Shown here: in pieces, positions 39,416 to 52,853 of the stretch | Numbering within the stretch: position 1 is the stretch's first letter | Layout: the number at the start of each line of letters is the position of its first letter | NCBI RefSeq assembly: GCF_009914755.1 | Contig: NC_060925.1 | DNA: 64,000 nt | Direction: 5' to 3' (one strand) | Origin: the human T2T-CHM13v2.0 reference genome, Homo sapiens | The notes under the pieces: model-generated | The model's input: only the letters and a program-made list of their open reading frames with translations | Told to the model about the DNA's origin: nothing | Database searches by the model: none | Position numbers and translations under genes: made by a program

Positions 39416-40064
39416 TTTTAAAAGTTTCATGATGGTGTAGTTTCTTAGTATCATTATGCTGAAAAATATTTGACCTGAAAGCAACAAATACTGCAATCAA
39501 AGTACCTATGCCAGTTTCTGTTCTATTAAAAACAAATTCCCTTGCTCTATTTATTCCAACTAAAATCACAGAGATGTGCTAATTTACAGGCCAGCAGAGT
39601 GCTTGTCACATGCACATTAAAATGGTGAACATGCAATCTTTTAGGGAGGTGAATAGTGGCAGGTGTCTATTCTTCCTCTAAATCCTGCCCAGGAGACTGC
39701 CTTGCCTGGGCATAACCCAGCAGATGAAGTCATCTACCTCTCCTGGCCACCATCATCTGATTAAGGGAATTCAGACTACATGCTTTAGATGGTGAACATC
39801 TCACAAAAGGGATATGTTATCAGAGATAAAGTGTATGAATTCCACGTATGACCACTGCATCATTTGTGAATGCTTACCGTATATGACTGTATGAATGGGC
39901 CACCTGCATCTCAGAATGTTTTTGGAAAAAGGGATTAAATATAATTGAAAGAAACCCAAGAAAGAGCAAAAAGCAAAGGCTATAAGGAATGAGTCTATAA
40001 GGTTTTATTTTTTTTCTTCCCCTTTGAGAGGTAGTCAATTCATAACCTAGATTCCTCCCTAGCC

Positions 40065-40255
40065 GCACAGCCCAATATGGCAGCCACTACTCATATGTGA
40101 CTATTTAAATTTAAGTTTAAGTTAAAATTAAATAAAAAATTTATTTTCTCAGTCACACTAGCCACATTTCAAGAATACAACAGCCACATGAGTTAGTGGT
40201 TGCCATACTGGACAGCACAGATGTAGAACATTTCTGAAAGCTCTCTCAGTGCTGA
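40065..40255. mobile_element. MER3/MER33 hAT MITE
   Basis: 'ctcagtcacactagccacatttcaag...agccacatg...ctggacagcacag'. Confidence 0.8.
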
Positions 40256-40347
40256 CCTAGAGCTAGCTTTGGTATTTTCATCTTTTCATGATGCAATACA
40301 ATTGCCAAATTTCTTACTTCTCATATACTCAAAGCAACCTCTTGAAA

Positions 40348-40375
40348 AAAAAATTTTTTTTTGAGATGGAGTCTC
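40348..40375 (-). mobile_element. Minimal Alu 3' stub
   Basis: T9+gagatggagtctc between direct repeats acctcttgaaa. Confidence 0.75.
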
Positions 40376-41039
40376 ACCTCTTGAAATGTTTTTAAGATTG
40401 TTACAGTATAAATTCTGGAAAAGGTTCTAGAACAAATTACAAAAGATTGATTTCTGAGTACACATTAAGGGAAGCTGTGATAATTAGAAGCCACCAAGCA
40501 TTCACTAAAATTAAGTTACTACACATTTACTTCAGTGACTGGAATAAAAATCTAAGCTTCAATGAAAGAAAGGAATTATTTGTTTTTATTGCCAAATATT
40601 TGCAGTTCTTGCACACAGTAGGTACTCAACAAATAACTTTTGAATGACTATTAGAGAAATAAAATTGATATAGTCAGTTTCAGTTTTCATCAAGTTAAAT
40701 TAGAAAAGTCCTTATGCTGTCATTGAAGAAATGGTTACTGGGTCGTAGGGCAGTTGGGTGAGTTGCCAATGAGTTAACCAGTCACGAGAAGTAGCTGACG
40801 AAGAGAGCATGAGACTTGAAATTAGATAGGGACCTACCTTCAATTCTTGGCTTTCACTTAACCTGTGTAATCCCAGGCAGCCATTTCACTTTTCTGAATC
40901 ACTGTTTCTTCATCCTCAAATTGGGCATAATAGGGTGCTCATATCAAATATGGTGATATTAAAAGCTAGCATGAACATAGCCTGGAAGGTTTCTAGTAGA
41001 ATGTTGTGGAGTGGTTCTTCACATTTAGCTAGCCAGTGC

Positions 41040-41800
41040 TTCTGTCTCTGACTTCAGTAAGGATATACTGATTAAATTTGTGGATGACCCAAGATGGAGT
41101 AAGAATCAGAATTCAGAGGGACCTTAGTAGACAAAAAGATAAGCTGAATACAATCCTTAAAAGTTTCATATGGGTAAATAATAATTAAGAAAACTGCAAC
41201 AGTAATTGACAGAGGACATGTAGTTTAACCTCATTGTGCAACAGACTTGTGGATTAAAAAATAATGTCATTCACTGTGTGATGTGGCTGCCAGAATTTAG
41301 ATTTTGGCAATAGGAATAAGGTATGCAGAGTAGCACATCAGAACGCCTAGGAAGTTAAAAATGCCAATGGCTGGGTTATTGCCAGAGATTAATTAATTGA
41401 TGTGGGATGCAGCTTTGGCATTGGGATATTTCATGCCCCTCCCCTGCCCCGGGTGATCCTAATTTGAGAACCACTGGTTTAGGCTGAGGGAGGTCTTGAC
41501 GATTTCTGTTCGCTCCACTTTTACATAGTCTATTAAGTTACTTGCATGGAAAAATGCATGCTGCATGTAGTTCCGAATGCCCCACCCAAATCTTGGAGCG
41601 TATCAGGAAGAGTGTGGGGACAGTGAGTGGATGGCAATTATAAGAGACATGTTGAAGAAAACAAAAAGTTTGTCCTGAAGAAGAGTAGGAAGAGGTAACC
41701 GCCTTGAACATTGCCTGCTTGGTCTATTTTAGGAAGCTGGGTTCAGTTCTTCTCTCTGGTATTCCAGAGGATAGAAAGCAGTCCACTGGGTGGCAGCTTC
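41040..41800 (+). mobile_element. CR1/L3 remnant interrupted by MER5 (~41330-41476)
   Basis: RT-like 'attaaatttgtggatgac' (I-K-F-V-D-D), 'agaatcagaattca', 'gtgtgatgtggctgcca'. Confidence 0.5.
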
Positions 41801-41959
41801 AGGAGATGGATGTAGGGAAGCATTTGCTTACTACAGTGCTTTCTAGAGATGGTGGGCTTGCCAGGCGCTGGAGATTTACAAAGACCTCACAGATTTTGTT
41901 GAGAATTTAAAGGGACTTAAATGTTTATTGGCAGATTCAACTTCCAGAAGGTTTCTTTT

Positions 41960-42390
41960 CATCCCTCTCCTCATCTCTTACTCTTTTGCTTTCATCCACT
42001 GCCTTGGCCACACTGGTCTCATAGATGTTATTTAAGCCCCGCCATGCACCATCTCAGGGTCTTTGCACTTGCTGTTCTTCTTGGTTGAAATACTTCACCT
42101 CCAGATATCTGGACAATTTCCTCTCATGTTTTTGCTCAGATTACAACCTTTCCCTGGACTCCTTGTCCTTCTTTCTTTTTAGTGTTTCTCTATCCCCATC
42201 TCTCTTACACACACACGCACAGACACAGACTCACACACACAAATACGCATATATGTGTATGTTTTCCTCTAACAAAATATAAGCCCCACAAGGGCCAGGA
42301 CTTTTGTCGGATGTGTTTGCCAATGTATCCCCAGGGCAAGTATAGTGCCAGGCTTTCAGAAATGCTCAAGCAATAATTTGTTGTTGAATA
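41960..42390 (+). mobile_element. L2 3' end
   Basis: 'ctcagggtctttgcacttgctgttc...tatccccagg...atgctcaagcaataatttgttg'. Confidence 0.65.
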
Positions 42391-43457
42391 GATCTCTGGG
42401 ATCTTCTGGTTCCTTGGAATTTCACCAGTGGTAGCTTGAATTTCCTATTCAGGCCTGGACAAACATCCTGTAAAGAATGCCACCTAATTTGTATCTTTGA
42501 AGGATGAATCCAATAATATGTGGGTACAGTGACCACTTTCAAGCTTTTCTTCTTTCTTCTTTTCTCCCCCTGCATCAAACAGGAACAGCATCTTCTAAAA
42601 ACAAAACTTTATTCATTGGTCAGCAGTTTCATGCAACCATTGAGTGAAATCCAATGTGGAAAGGAAATCCAAAACTTTACTGCAGTGTAATTTGTTTCTT
42701 CTGTGTTGCTTTGTGTACAGTAAAGGTCAATAATGCACAGGAAAGCTAGGTTTAATTTCTTTGATGTGTAAAAATTAGTGCTTTGTCATCAGTTACAGTG
42801 GCAGGAGGACAAATCACTGGCACATAAAGTTGTTCCTGCTACATAAATTACAAATCTTGTTCGGAAAAAAAATACTCACATCATCCCTTGTTATTTTAAA
42901 AATGCCAACACTGATAAACAGTCAGCCTTGGACATGTATTAAAATCTTCAAATTGTACTAAAATAAATTTAGCCTTTTAAGATAACACCTCATTTTAATT
43001 TCATACATGATTAAATCCATCAATTCAAAGGTCTTTTAAGATGTAAGTTTTGAAATCATAATAGTACCCTCTAACTCCCTGCGAAAAACTTAAACCTCTT
43101 TCTACTTCATTAATAATGTTCTTGACAGACAAAATTTTTAAAGAAAATCCTCAGCTTTGTTTTGTGTTTTTGTGTGTTTTTCTTGAGAAGAGGAAATTAA
43201 ATTATGATCATAAATCCCTTTCATTTTTAGAACTAGATTTTTCTTTTAATCATAATCCAGAGGAAGTGGAAAAAGCTTTGTGAATCAAGTTTTGTATTTC
43301 TAACATGATGACATAGTCTAAATTATTGTCCAATATTCAGCAAAATCTTTATTTCTATATGTGGCAGAACTGAATATTTTAGTCTCAGCATAAATAGTGC
43401 CTCCTCTTCCCTATCCAGGTTGATGACTGCTTCCTTGTGACTTTGCAAACACAACTT

Positions 43458-44155
43458 CTTATTATTATTATTATTTCAATAGGATTTGGGAGAACCAGTG
43501 GTGTTTGGTTACATGAATATCTTCTTTAGTAGTGATTTCTGAGATTTTAGTGCACCCATCACCCAAGCAGTGAACACTGTACCCAATGTGTAGTCTTTTA
43601 TCCCTCATCCCCATCCCACCCTTTCTCCTGAGTCCCCAAAGTCCATTGTATCATTCTTACGCCTTTGCGTCCTCATAGCTTAGCTCCCACGTATGAGAGA
43701 GAACATACGATGTTTGGTTTTCCATTCCTGAATTACTTCACTTAGAATAGTAGTCTCCAGTTCTATCCTGGTTGCTGTGAATGCCATTATGTTATTCCTT
43801 TTTATGGCTGAGTAGTATTCTATGGTATATATATACCACATTTTCTTTATCAGCTTGTTGGCGGATGGACATTTGGGTTGGTTTTATATTTTGGCAATTG
43901 CAAATTACGCTGCTATAAACATGCGTGTGCAATTTTTTTTTTGTATAATAACTTCTTTTCCTCTAGGTAGATACCCAGGAGTGGAATTGCTGGATCAAAT
44001 GATAGTTCTACTTTTAGTTCTTTAAGGAATCTCCACACTGTTTTCCATAGTTGTTGTACTAGTTTACATTCCCACCAAGAGTGTAAAAGTGTTCCCTTTT
44101 CACCACATCCATGCCAATATTTATTATTTTTTGATTTTTTTGATTATGGCCATTC
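43458..44155 (-). mobile_element. L1PB (L1PB1-like) 3' end
   Basis: 'gtgtttggttacatgaat...gtgatttctgagattttagtgcacccatcaccc'; TSD tgcaaac(a/c)caactt. Confidence 0.9.
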
Positions 44156-44849
44156 TGCAAACCCAACTTTGAATAGACTATCAAAGGTTGGGGCTGGATA
44201 TGGATCTGATTACTCACCCTGGCCCCGGAGGCCACCTTCAGGCAGAGCAGTCCTGCAGCCTTTCCAGAGGAGGCAGCCTCCTGCCCATGTCAAAGACCTT
44301 GGAGGCTAGAGTATTTGCCCTTCTGCTCTAATCAAGATCTCCTTGGAAAGAAAGCTCAATCAGCAAATCTTTATTGAGTACCTTCCATCAGATAGATTCT
44401 CCAGCCCCAAGCTGGTATGGTGAGGATAACTATATCTACTGTAAAATACCTGACCTAAAGAAACAATGCAACATGTGCATATACAATTTTAAAAGAAAAG
44501 CTGTTCACCATTTTCTAAAGGAAAAATTATATCTATAATGTATGTATTCACATGTTTATTTTTATATATCAACATTTATCTGCTTTTTCTTTCCATGCCT
44601 CCCCTCTTTCCGTCCTTTCTTTTCCTCCTGGATACATTCATTCCTGCAGCTTAATTCTTATTAGCTAAGGGTTATATTGCAGATGTATGAATTAAGAGCA
44701 AAGGCTTTAGAATCTGGCAGATCTATGTTTGAATCCCAGCTCTGCCACTTCACAAAAAGATTGTTCTATTTGTTATTGTTACTGGCACTTTTATTGCCAT
44801 CATTTGTAGTATAGACAATAATTACTTGTGCTATTTATGTTTATTAGTT

Positions 44850-45045
44850 ATTTACCATATCAGGCACTAAGGGATTTGCATGTATTTTGAATTTAATCCT
44901 TGTAACAATTATATAGTGTAGGTAGTATTATCCCCATTTTATGGCTAAGGAAACTGCCTTGAGATTTTAAGTAATATGTTGCCCAAGGTCACATAATAAG
45001 TATGTAAAGGAACTGAAACTAGCTTTGTGTTTTGAACCTACGGAG
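44850..45045 (-). mobile_element. MIR
   Basis: 'ggtagtattatccccattttatggctaaggaaactg...gcccaaggtcaca'. Confidence 0.75.
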
Positions 45046-48000
45046 ATTCTCTTTATCCTCTGTAAAATGGAGATACTGATTCCTGCCATGGTAGCTAGTT
45101 GGGATGATTCAATGATATGGGATATTTCGCATTTGCAGTTTGGTTCCCTGCATATAACATATGCTCACACAGGATATGGCTGTTCCTGCTCTGCTTCTGC
45201 TACCTCCTTCAAGGTTGAATAATCTTTCTTTCTTCTCTCTTAGCTATTTCCCAGCCCCTCACTTAAGTTTATAACTATATTCTTTTCATCAACCTAGAAA
45301 ACCAAATGAAGCCTGAAGTATTGAGAACTCAGGAAATGTTTTTGAGGTCCCATGTGATTCAGTGGCAAAGGCAGAGCAGGTGCAGATGCAAACCTCTGGG
45401 CTCTTAGATGTGAACCCTCTGCCTGGTGTTTTATCCTAGCTTGTCTCTGCAGCAAAGCAGGTGCTGGAGTCTGAGGGGGTCCTTGAGGCCAGCTTCCCCT
45501 GGGCACAGAAATGTGCTCTCCCTAGAACCATCACATGGCGATTTTCCTGGCGATCAGGGGCCCTAAATGGTGAAAGGGTTTTGGCCATACATCACTAAAA
45601 GTGTGTTAGTAAGAGGCATGAGGCCCCTTGGGACTGGATGTGGTGGATGTGTCATATCACATATGAAGTGGCATGATTTGATAGTGTGCCATTTTCTGTC
45701 TGTAACTAAATCAAATTCTGTGGTTGAAAAGGACTCATACATAATCTTGGTGTCCTTTAACGCAGTCATAGTTCTTGTGTTAAATAAGTTAGGATTGGAG
45801 AGTTGCATTTCTAGACCCGAGGGGAGCGGTTCTGGATCTTGCTCTGGTTTCCTGAGTTGCTGCAGCATCCAACCCTGAGCAATTCCTGTGACTCGTGGTG
45901 GTTGTTATAGAGAGGGTACACAGTGGTGAATGAGAAGGAGGCTTATTATTGTTATCTGTAGGCACCACTTTTGCTTGAAAATGTGTAATGGCAAACTCAA
46001 AAGTAGAAATACTTATTCCCTATTAATTGTCTTTTTTGTCATAACTTTTTAAAATTTTTTGGGTTCTTTGATTCAAATTTCACAAGATCTCACCTAATAT
46101 GCTGGTAAATTTCACCAGAAGTATGAAGACAGAATAAACTTTCTTGAATTTTTTTCCCTGCAATGTAACAGTCTGCTTCTAGATGACTTCTTGAAGAATT
46201 ATCTACCTAATTTGTATTTTTTAGGAGACATCAGAGACAGAAAAAAATTCACATTAAGGAAGATATGTGTATTATATAAGTAAATCCTCTTTGCTTACAG
46301 TTCTTTTTTAAAACAAGCATTTTATACAAAGTAAAATAACTTTAGCAGTTTGGTTCATTTTTAAAATATTTCATGCCTGCATGCATGATTAATTGAGACA
46401 ATCATTCCATTTAACTAATATTTGAGGGCATACTATATGCCAGGAAATGGGGCTACTCAGGCCTTCACAGATCTTGTAATCTATCAACCAATACAAACAA
46501 ATAATCAGGCCATTATAATTTAGAGGACAGTGTTTTGAGGGCACATGGCAGGATGATCTAATGCTGACTTGGTGGAGGACGCAATGACTTCCTCCTGAAT
46601 GAAGTAGGGTTTAAGCCAGGTCCTGAAGGAGAGTGAGTGTTAACCTGGTGGAGCTGTTGGGGCAGGCTAGGGGCTTTGGACTAGGGAATAGCTCATGTAA
46701 ATGCCTGGAGTGGGCAGCCAGCCATGGTGTTATTGTGTTCTTCTTCTTCTCAGAGATATTTACATGGGCAAGAACTTCAGATTATACTTGATTGTGACAT
46801 TTGCACTTTCAAAAAACATTGCAAAACTGCCTGGTGAAAACCATCCCAGTCTTGACAGGTGCATAGTCTGATATTTCCAAAGGTAACAGTTGTCACATAG
46901 GTGGTCCTGCCCTGTTGAGACACAAGCCCGTTAAGCAGTTTATTTTCACCCCATGGCCAGATTGGCTTTGGAGCAATCAATGCAGCCTGGTGCAGCCTGG
47001 AGAAGAGATCCTACTGGATAAGGTGGGAAGCCTTTGTAAATCAAAGGTTCTAAGACTGCTCCTACTGGGAAGATAGAAGTGATGGGTGGAATGGATGGAT
47101 AAGTATAAAGAAATTCTTTGGTTCTAGAACCCTCAATGTAAAAAACATTAGAGGCACACAGGTCATAATCATGTCGCATAATTTGATTAATTTCCTAAGA
47201 AACCTTAATACTACAAAGTCATATTGCATCATAAACTTACGTTTTATGGAGCAAAGAGCCCTGGGCTTGGGAAGGGTCCACAGGGTCTGGGTTCTAGTTC
47301 CAACCACATGCCCTGGGGTCAATTATTTAATAACCTATAATGAAGCTGTCGTATTCTATCACCACGACATGGATCTGGTTGTGCCAAGGTAGACATTTGA
47401 GATTACATACCGTAAAATACCGTGGAAAATAACTGTGGCTCTCACCAGCTCTAGCCTCTTTCTGGGCTTCATAGCTCCCCTTCCCCAGTGCTCCCTGAGA
47501 ATGTATCATTCAGACCATCTTCTGTCCTTCATTCGTAGTCATAGTCCCATGCCTCAGTGATTCAACAATCAGGCTCTCTTACCCTATTTTTGCTTACCCT
47601 TCTTTTTTCTTTCATTTCAGATGTTCAGTAACTGAAAACAAAAAAGGTTTAAGTATGATAATGAATTTTTTTCCACACTCAAGAATATAAACATTGAAAA
47701 GATTGGCCTCTTTATGCTCCCTACAATGAGTGACAGGTTCTGACTTAATTCAACTTAACTGTAGAGATTATTGGCATAAGAGTTATTAATATAAAAGTCA
47801 TGACTCAAAAAATATCTCCACTATTAAATATCCCCTGCAAAACTTTATTATCCAGGTCTTGGCGTGAGCTTTGATTGTGTTGAAAGAATGAACTTGTGTT
47901 TTTGGCCCTGTAATGTGAATGATGGACAGGAGAGTGATTTTTCTGTTACTGGGTGGTCATCCTCTTGAACAAGAGGATTCTGAAAGTTTCTTTTTATATA

Positions 48001-48093
48001 TTTGTGTATGTATTATTTTTCCTTTTCCATTTTTGATTGTAGTGAAAGTTCTATCTCTAAGCATTAAAAATTAAACATTTAAAATGTGCTTTT

Positions 48094-49523
48094 GCAATGG
48101 GGAAAGGACTCCCTATTTAATAAATAGTGCTGGGATAACTGGCTAGCCATAAGCAGAATAGTGAAGCTGGACCCCTTCCTTAGAAAAATCAACTCAAGAT
48201 GGATTAAAGACTTATATGCAAAACCTAAAACTGTAAAAGCCTTGGAAGATAACCTAGGAAATACCATTCTGGACATAGGACCTGGCAAAGATTTCATGAT
48301 GAAGATGCCAAAAACAATTGCAATAAAAACAAAAATTGACAAATGGGACCTAATTAAACTGAAGAGCTTCTGCACAGCAAAAGAAACTATCAACAGAGTA
48401 AAGAGACAATCTACAGAATGGGAGATAATATTTACAAACCAGGCATCTGACAAAGATCTAATATTCAGTATGTATAAGGAATTTTAAAAATTTACAAGCA
48501 ATGCTTAATGACGAGTTAATGGGTACAGCACACCAGCATGGCACATGTATACATATGTAACTAACCTGCACATTGTGCACATGTACCCTAAAACTTAAAG
48601 TATAATAATAAAAAAACAAAAACAAACAAACAAAAAAATAATTTACAAGCAAAAAGCAAACAGCCCCTCTAGAAAGTGAGCAAAGGACATGAACAGACAG
48701 TTTTCAAAGGAAGACATGCAAACAGCTGACAAGGGATATGAAAAAATGCTCAATATCATTAATCATTAGAGAATGCCAATCAAAACCACAATGAGATACC
48801 ATCTTGTACCAGTCACAATGGCTATTACTAAAAAGCCAAAAAACTCAGATGCTGGCAAGGTTGTGGAGAAAAGGGAACACTTATACATTGTTTGTGGGAG
48901 GGTAAATTAGTTCAGCCATTGTGGAAAGCAGTGGTGATTCCTCAAAGAACTTAAAACAGAATTACCATTTGCCCTAGGAATCCCATTGTATACCCAAAGA
49001 AATATAAATCATTCTACCATAAAGACACATCCATGCATATGTTTATTGTATCACTATTCAAAATAACAAAGACATGGGATCCACCTAAATGCCCATTGAT
49101 GGTAGGGTGGATAAAGAAATGTGGTACATATACACCATGGAATACTATGCAGCCATAAAAAAGAACAAGATCATGTCCTTTGCAGCAACATGGATGGATC
49201 TATAAGCCATTATCCTAAGAAAGCGAACTAATGAAGAAACAAAAACCCGAATACTGTATGTTCTCTCTTATAAGTGGGAGCTAAACAGTGAGAACACATA
49301 AACGCGAACACAAAGAGAAGAACAACAGATACTGGGGCTTATTTCAGAGTGGAAGGTGGGAGGAGAGAGAGGATCGAAAAACTACCTATCAGGTGCCATT
49401 ACTGTGCTTATTACCTGGATGATGAAATAATCTGTACACCAAAACCCTGTGACACACAGTTTACCTATATACCAAACCTGCACATGTACCCCTGAACTTA
49501 AAATAAAAGTTAAAAGAAAAAAT
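48094..49523 (+). mobile_element. 5'-truncated L1PA15/16-like element
   Basis: ORF2 remnant ([23 protein letters not shown]), 3'UTR, poly-A; TSD aaaatgtgctttt. Confidence 0.92.
48502..48639 (+). mobile_element. Very short young L1 3' end (L1PA2/3-like) nested in the older L1
   Basis: 'atgacgagttaatggg...accagcatggcac...aactaacctgcacattgtgcac'; perfect TSD aatttacaagcaa. Confidence 0.9.
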
Positions 49524-52428
49524 AAAATGTGCTTTTAGAAGTATCCAGACCAGGCCAGAGCTTGTATAAATCCATATTACTATCTTGCAGTTGGTCAAAG
49601 TAGTTAAGAACCTGTGTAATAGTGTTTTCTGGGATGTTGCAACAACTTTCTATCTTTATTGCAAGGGCTTTCTGTCTTCCTATTATACTAATTAATTCTT
49701 TCAGTCTTTCCTGATTATTGATGCCATGATGATTTTTTTTTTAAGAATTTGATCCTGCAAACTTTTATGCCTAAAATCTCTCTAGCTTTACTATTGCCTC
49801 CAGCAGGAATTTTTCACCTAAGTTCATCAATTGCAGTCAGGAAACTGGTAAACTCTGAGTCTTTCTGCAAACTTCTGTGTGTAGAGGATCCAGAGTTTGA
49901 GTCAGACCCTGAAAGCTATCCTTGATCAGATTTAGAATATCCTAACTCTTTAGTAAGAAATAAACCCGTCTAGCTTTACATGCAGCCACCAGCCGTGACG
50001 TGAGACTCACCCCACACTGACCTATTATTCAACATTTCCTGATGCTTCCATACTTCTCTGCCTTTGAACCTGATGATCATTCTACTTATAATGTCCTTTC
50101 CTCATCCTTAGCTTTGCCTGTTGAAACCTTCAAGATTTTACTCCAGAGCCACCTTGTCTGGAGAGATTTTATTTACTTTGTGAGGAACAAAATGCTGCTC
50201 TTTTATCTTTTCTCCTCCTTTATAACACTCATCACCTCTCCCCACTAAGTTTGTGGACAAGGAATGTATTCTGTTTATCTATGCATTCCCAGCCCAGAGG
50301 AAGGTACTGGCCCAGAGTAAATGCTCATTAAATATTGTGAATAAATGGGCAAAAGGATAGAAGACACATTCTTTACTTAGATGGAGTTGAGATAAACTTA
50401 GAGAGTTAGTGCTAGAATCAACATTGCCTTCTTGCAGGCAAATGATTTACATAATCTGGACATCAAGTTGCCTGTCCCCTGGATGAGGTATCTCAGTCTC
50501 CTATGTTAAATAATAGTAAATTGATTCTTTCTTCAACACAGAGTATAACAAATACCTCTAAGTATTCTAAGTTTTATGAAACAAAAGATTTCTGGTGCTG
50601 GAGATTGATTTTGGTAGTTATAAGCTTCTCAGGATATCTCCAAAGAGACAAGGGGCCTAGGTGGATAGAAATATTTCCCTTAAATCAGCCTGATAAAAAG
50701 TTCTCCATGGTAAGGTAGCCTTTGTCTTGTATTAAAACGCAGTTTTCTCACCAAGTGACTTTGGCAGGTTGGTGAATCCTTTAAGAAAAAGAGATCTGGT
50801 CTGGAGTTGTGGTCCCCCGGAGATTTAGTTGCTATTGTGATCATCTGATGACAGCAGAAAACCCAGGGGGATCAGCATGGTTTATTTCAGACTGCAGGGA
50901 TGTCAGCCTGTTATTATAGGAGTGGGAGCTACCTAGGCAGATGGATGCTTCCTGATTTGTGGATTGGGAACACGAATTGAGCAGCAGCCAATGCAGTGAC
51001 ACTTGTAATACTCTTCTGAAGCCCTCCTTTTTTTTTTCTGTCCACTGAGAAACAGTACCCACCTGCTAATCTACAAGGCAAAGCCATCCTTATTTCAAAG
51101 TGTATTTGATGCAACAAAATTCTTTATGCTGAAAGGCTTTAAAAGGCCTCTAAATTTCTAGAAATGAGATTTAATCTGATATTTGAATCTTATGCCTTAT
51201 ATCCAAAGAACAGTCTCTCCCTAGTCCCCATTTCTATATATAGATGCAGAAATTTCATAATTGGAAACCTGTGACTTTAGCTTATGGCTTGGTCCCTTGT
51301 GAAGAATGTATTGTGCTTTTTAAGTGATGTGTGTATTTGTCTGAATTAGTCTATCAGAAGTTTCTTTTTGAGAATAGCCATTAATGAAGATGAGAAACAG
51401 AGCTGTGAGGGACATGAGGAGGAAAACAAACCCATTAAAGAGAGGAAAGAACTCCCTGCCCCAACCCCACCAACCCAATAGCATTTAAGGCCACCAAAGG
51501 GAACGTTTTCTGTGTTACTGTTTATTCAGGAGCTGGCTTCTAACCTGCCATATGCTTCACTCTATTTAGAGAGCCTAGGTAATGTTCTCTCATTTTGTAA
51601 GGAGATAATATTACTTAACCTAAGAGCTTGTGCAAAACTGGGGGAAATAGTTGGCTAATAAGTTACATGCATCCATGAGTTGCACAATAGAGATGAAATG
51701 ATGACAAATTGGGATGAGAGGCAATGAGTGTTGTATGGGAACTACAGGATTTAAGATTTGAAAAGAGGCATTTTAAGAGCCCATTTTTTTGCTTTTTCTA
51801 CTCAGCTTAGGACCCCAATTATTACTTACTAGCCTCATTTCACTGGACTTCACCCATTCACACACCTGTCACCCAAAATACTACCAAATATTTTCTTTAA
51901 TGTTATTTTTGCATTTAATCCTCATGAAGGTTAATAAAGTCTTCTCTCTCTATGTGGTATGAAAGCATAACTGATGACTTTATTGGTGCAGATATATTAT
52001 GGCTGCTTTTGACGTTTATGTTTTCCGTCCAGATAGATGAATGATTCCAGTGAAAGTAAATCAATTGCACCCAGACTGTGGGTATAAAACACCACGCTCA
52101 GGGTTTTCCTTCTTGTCTGGCAGATAGTAGAGGGTGTGAAATATTGAAATTTGACTTAATGCTGTATGTTTCTTCTGAAAAAGAGAATTTCCTTTGACTA
52201 TCTCCTAAGGTACATCTGTGATTGATATTTGCCCTGTCATTTAGTGCCAATCCAGGGAGGGGATGCCCCTTTTGTGGGGCCTGTTTGCTCTCCAAGGGAG
52301 CCTTCATGGCTTCCTTTGGTCTAGTTGGAGTAACCTGTTTTTTCTTCTAGAGGATTGAATTCAATTAACAGGGATTACAAATTCAGTTATTAGGAATTTA
52401 TCAGTGATGGCAAATGGAATTTTACTGG

Positions 52429-52853
52429 TGTATTAGTCCATTCTTGCATTGCTATCAAGAAATGCCTGAGAGTGGGAAATTTATAAAGAAAAGAGGTTTA
52501 ATTGGCTCACTATTCTGCAGGCCGTACGGGAAGCAGAGTGGCTTGTGGTTCTGAGGAGGCCTCAGGAAACTTCAAATCATGTTGGAAGGCAAAGGGGGAA
52601 CAGGCATCTTACATCGCAGGAGCAGGAGGAAGAGAGAGAGTTGGGGGTGGGGTGCCACACCTTTAAACAACCAGATCTCAGGAGAGAACTCACTCACTAT
52701 CACAAGAACAGAACCAAGGGGATGGTACTAAACTATTCAGGGAGGATCCACCCCACCTACACACACCCATTTCCAATCACCTCCTCACCTCCAACATTGG
52801 GGATTACAATTCGACATGAGATTTAGGTGGGGACACTGATTGAAACTTTATCA
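52429..52853 (-). mobile_element. MSTA-like solo LTR
   Basis: tgtattagtccattcttgcattgctat...ttatca; perfect TSD actgg. Confidence 0.9.

Noticed and set aside
47580-47650. Strong plus-strand polypyrimidine tract and AG at 47620
   Set aside because: No good donor or reading frame follows; an isolated acceptor is expected by chance
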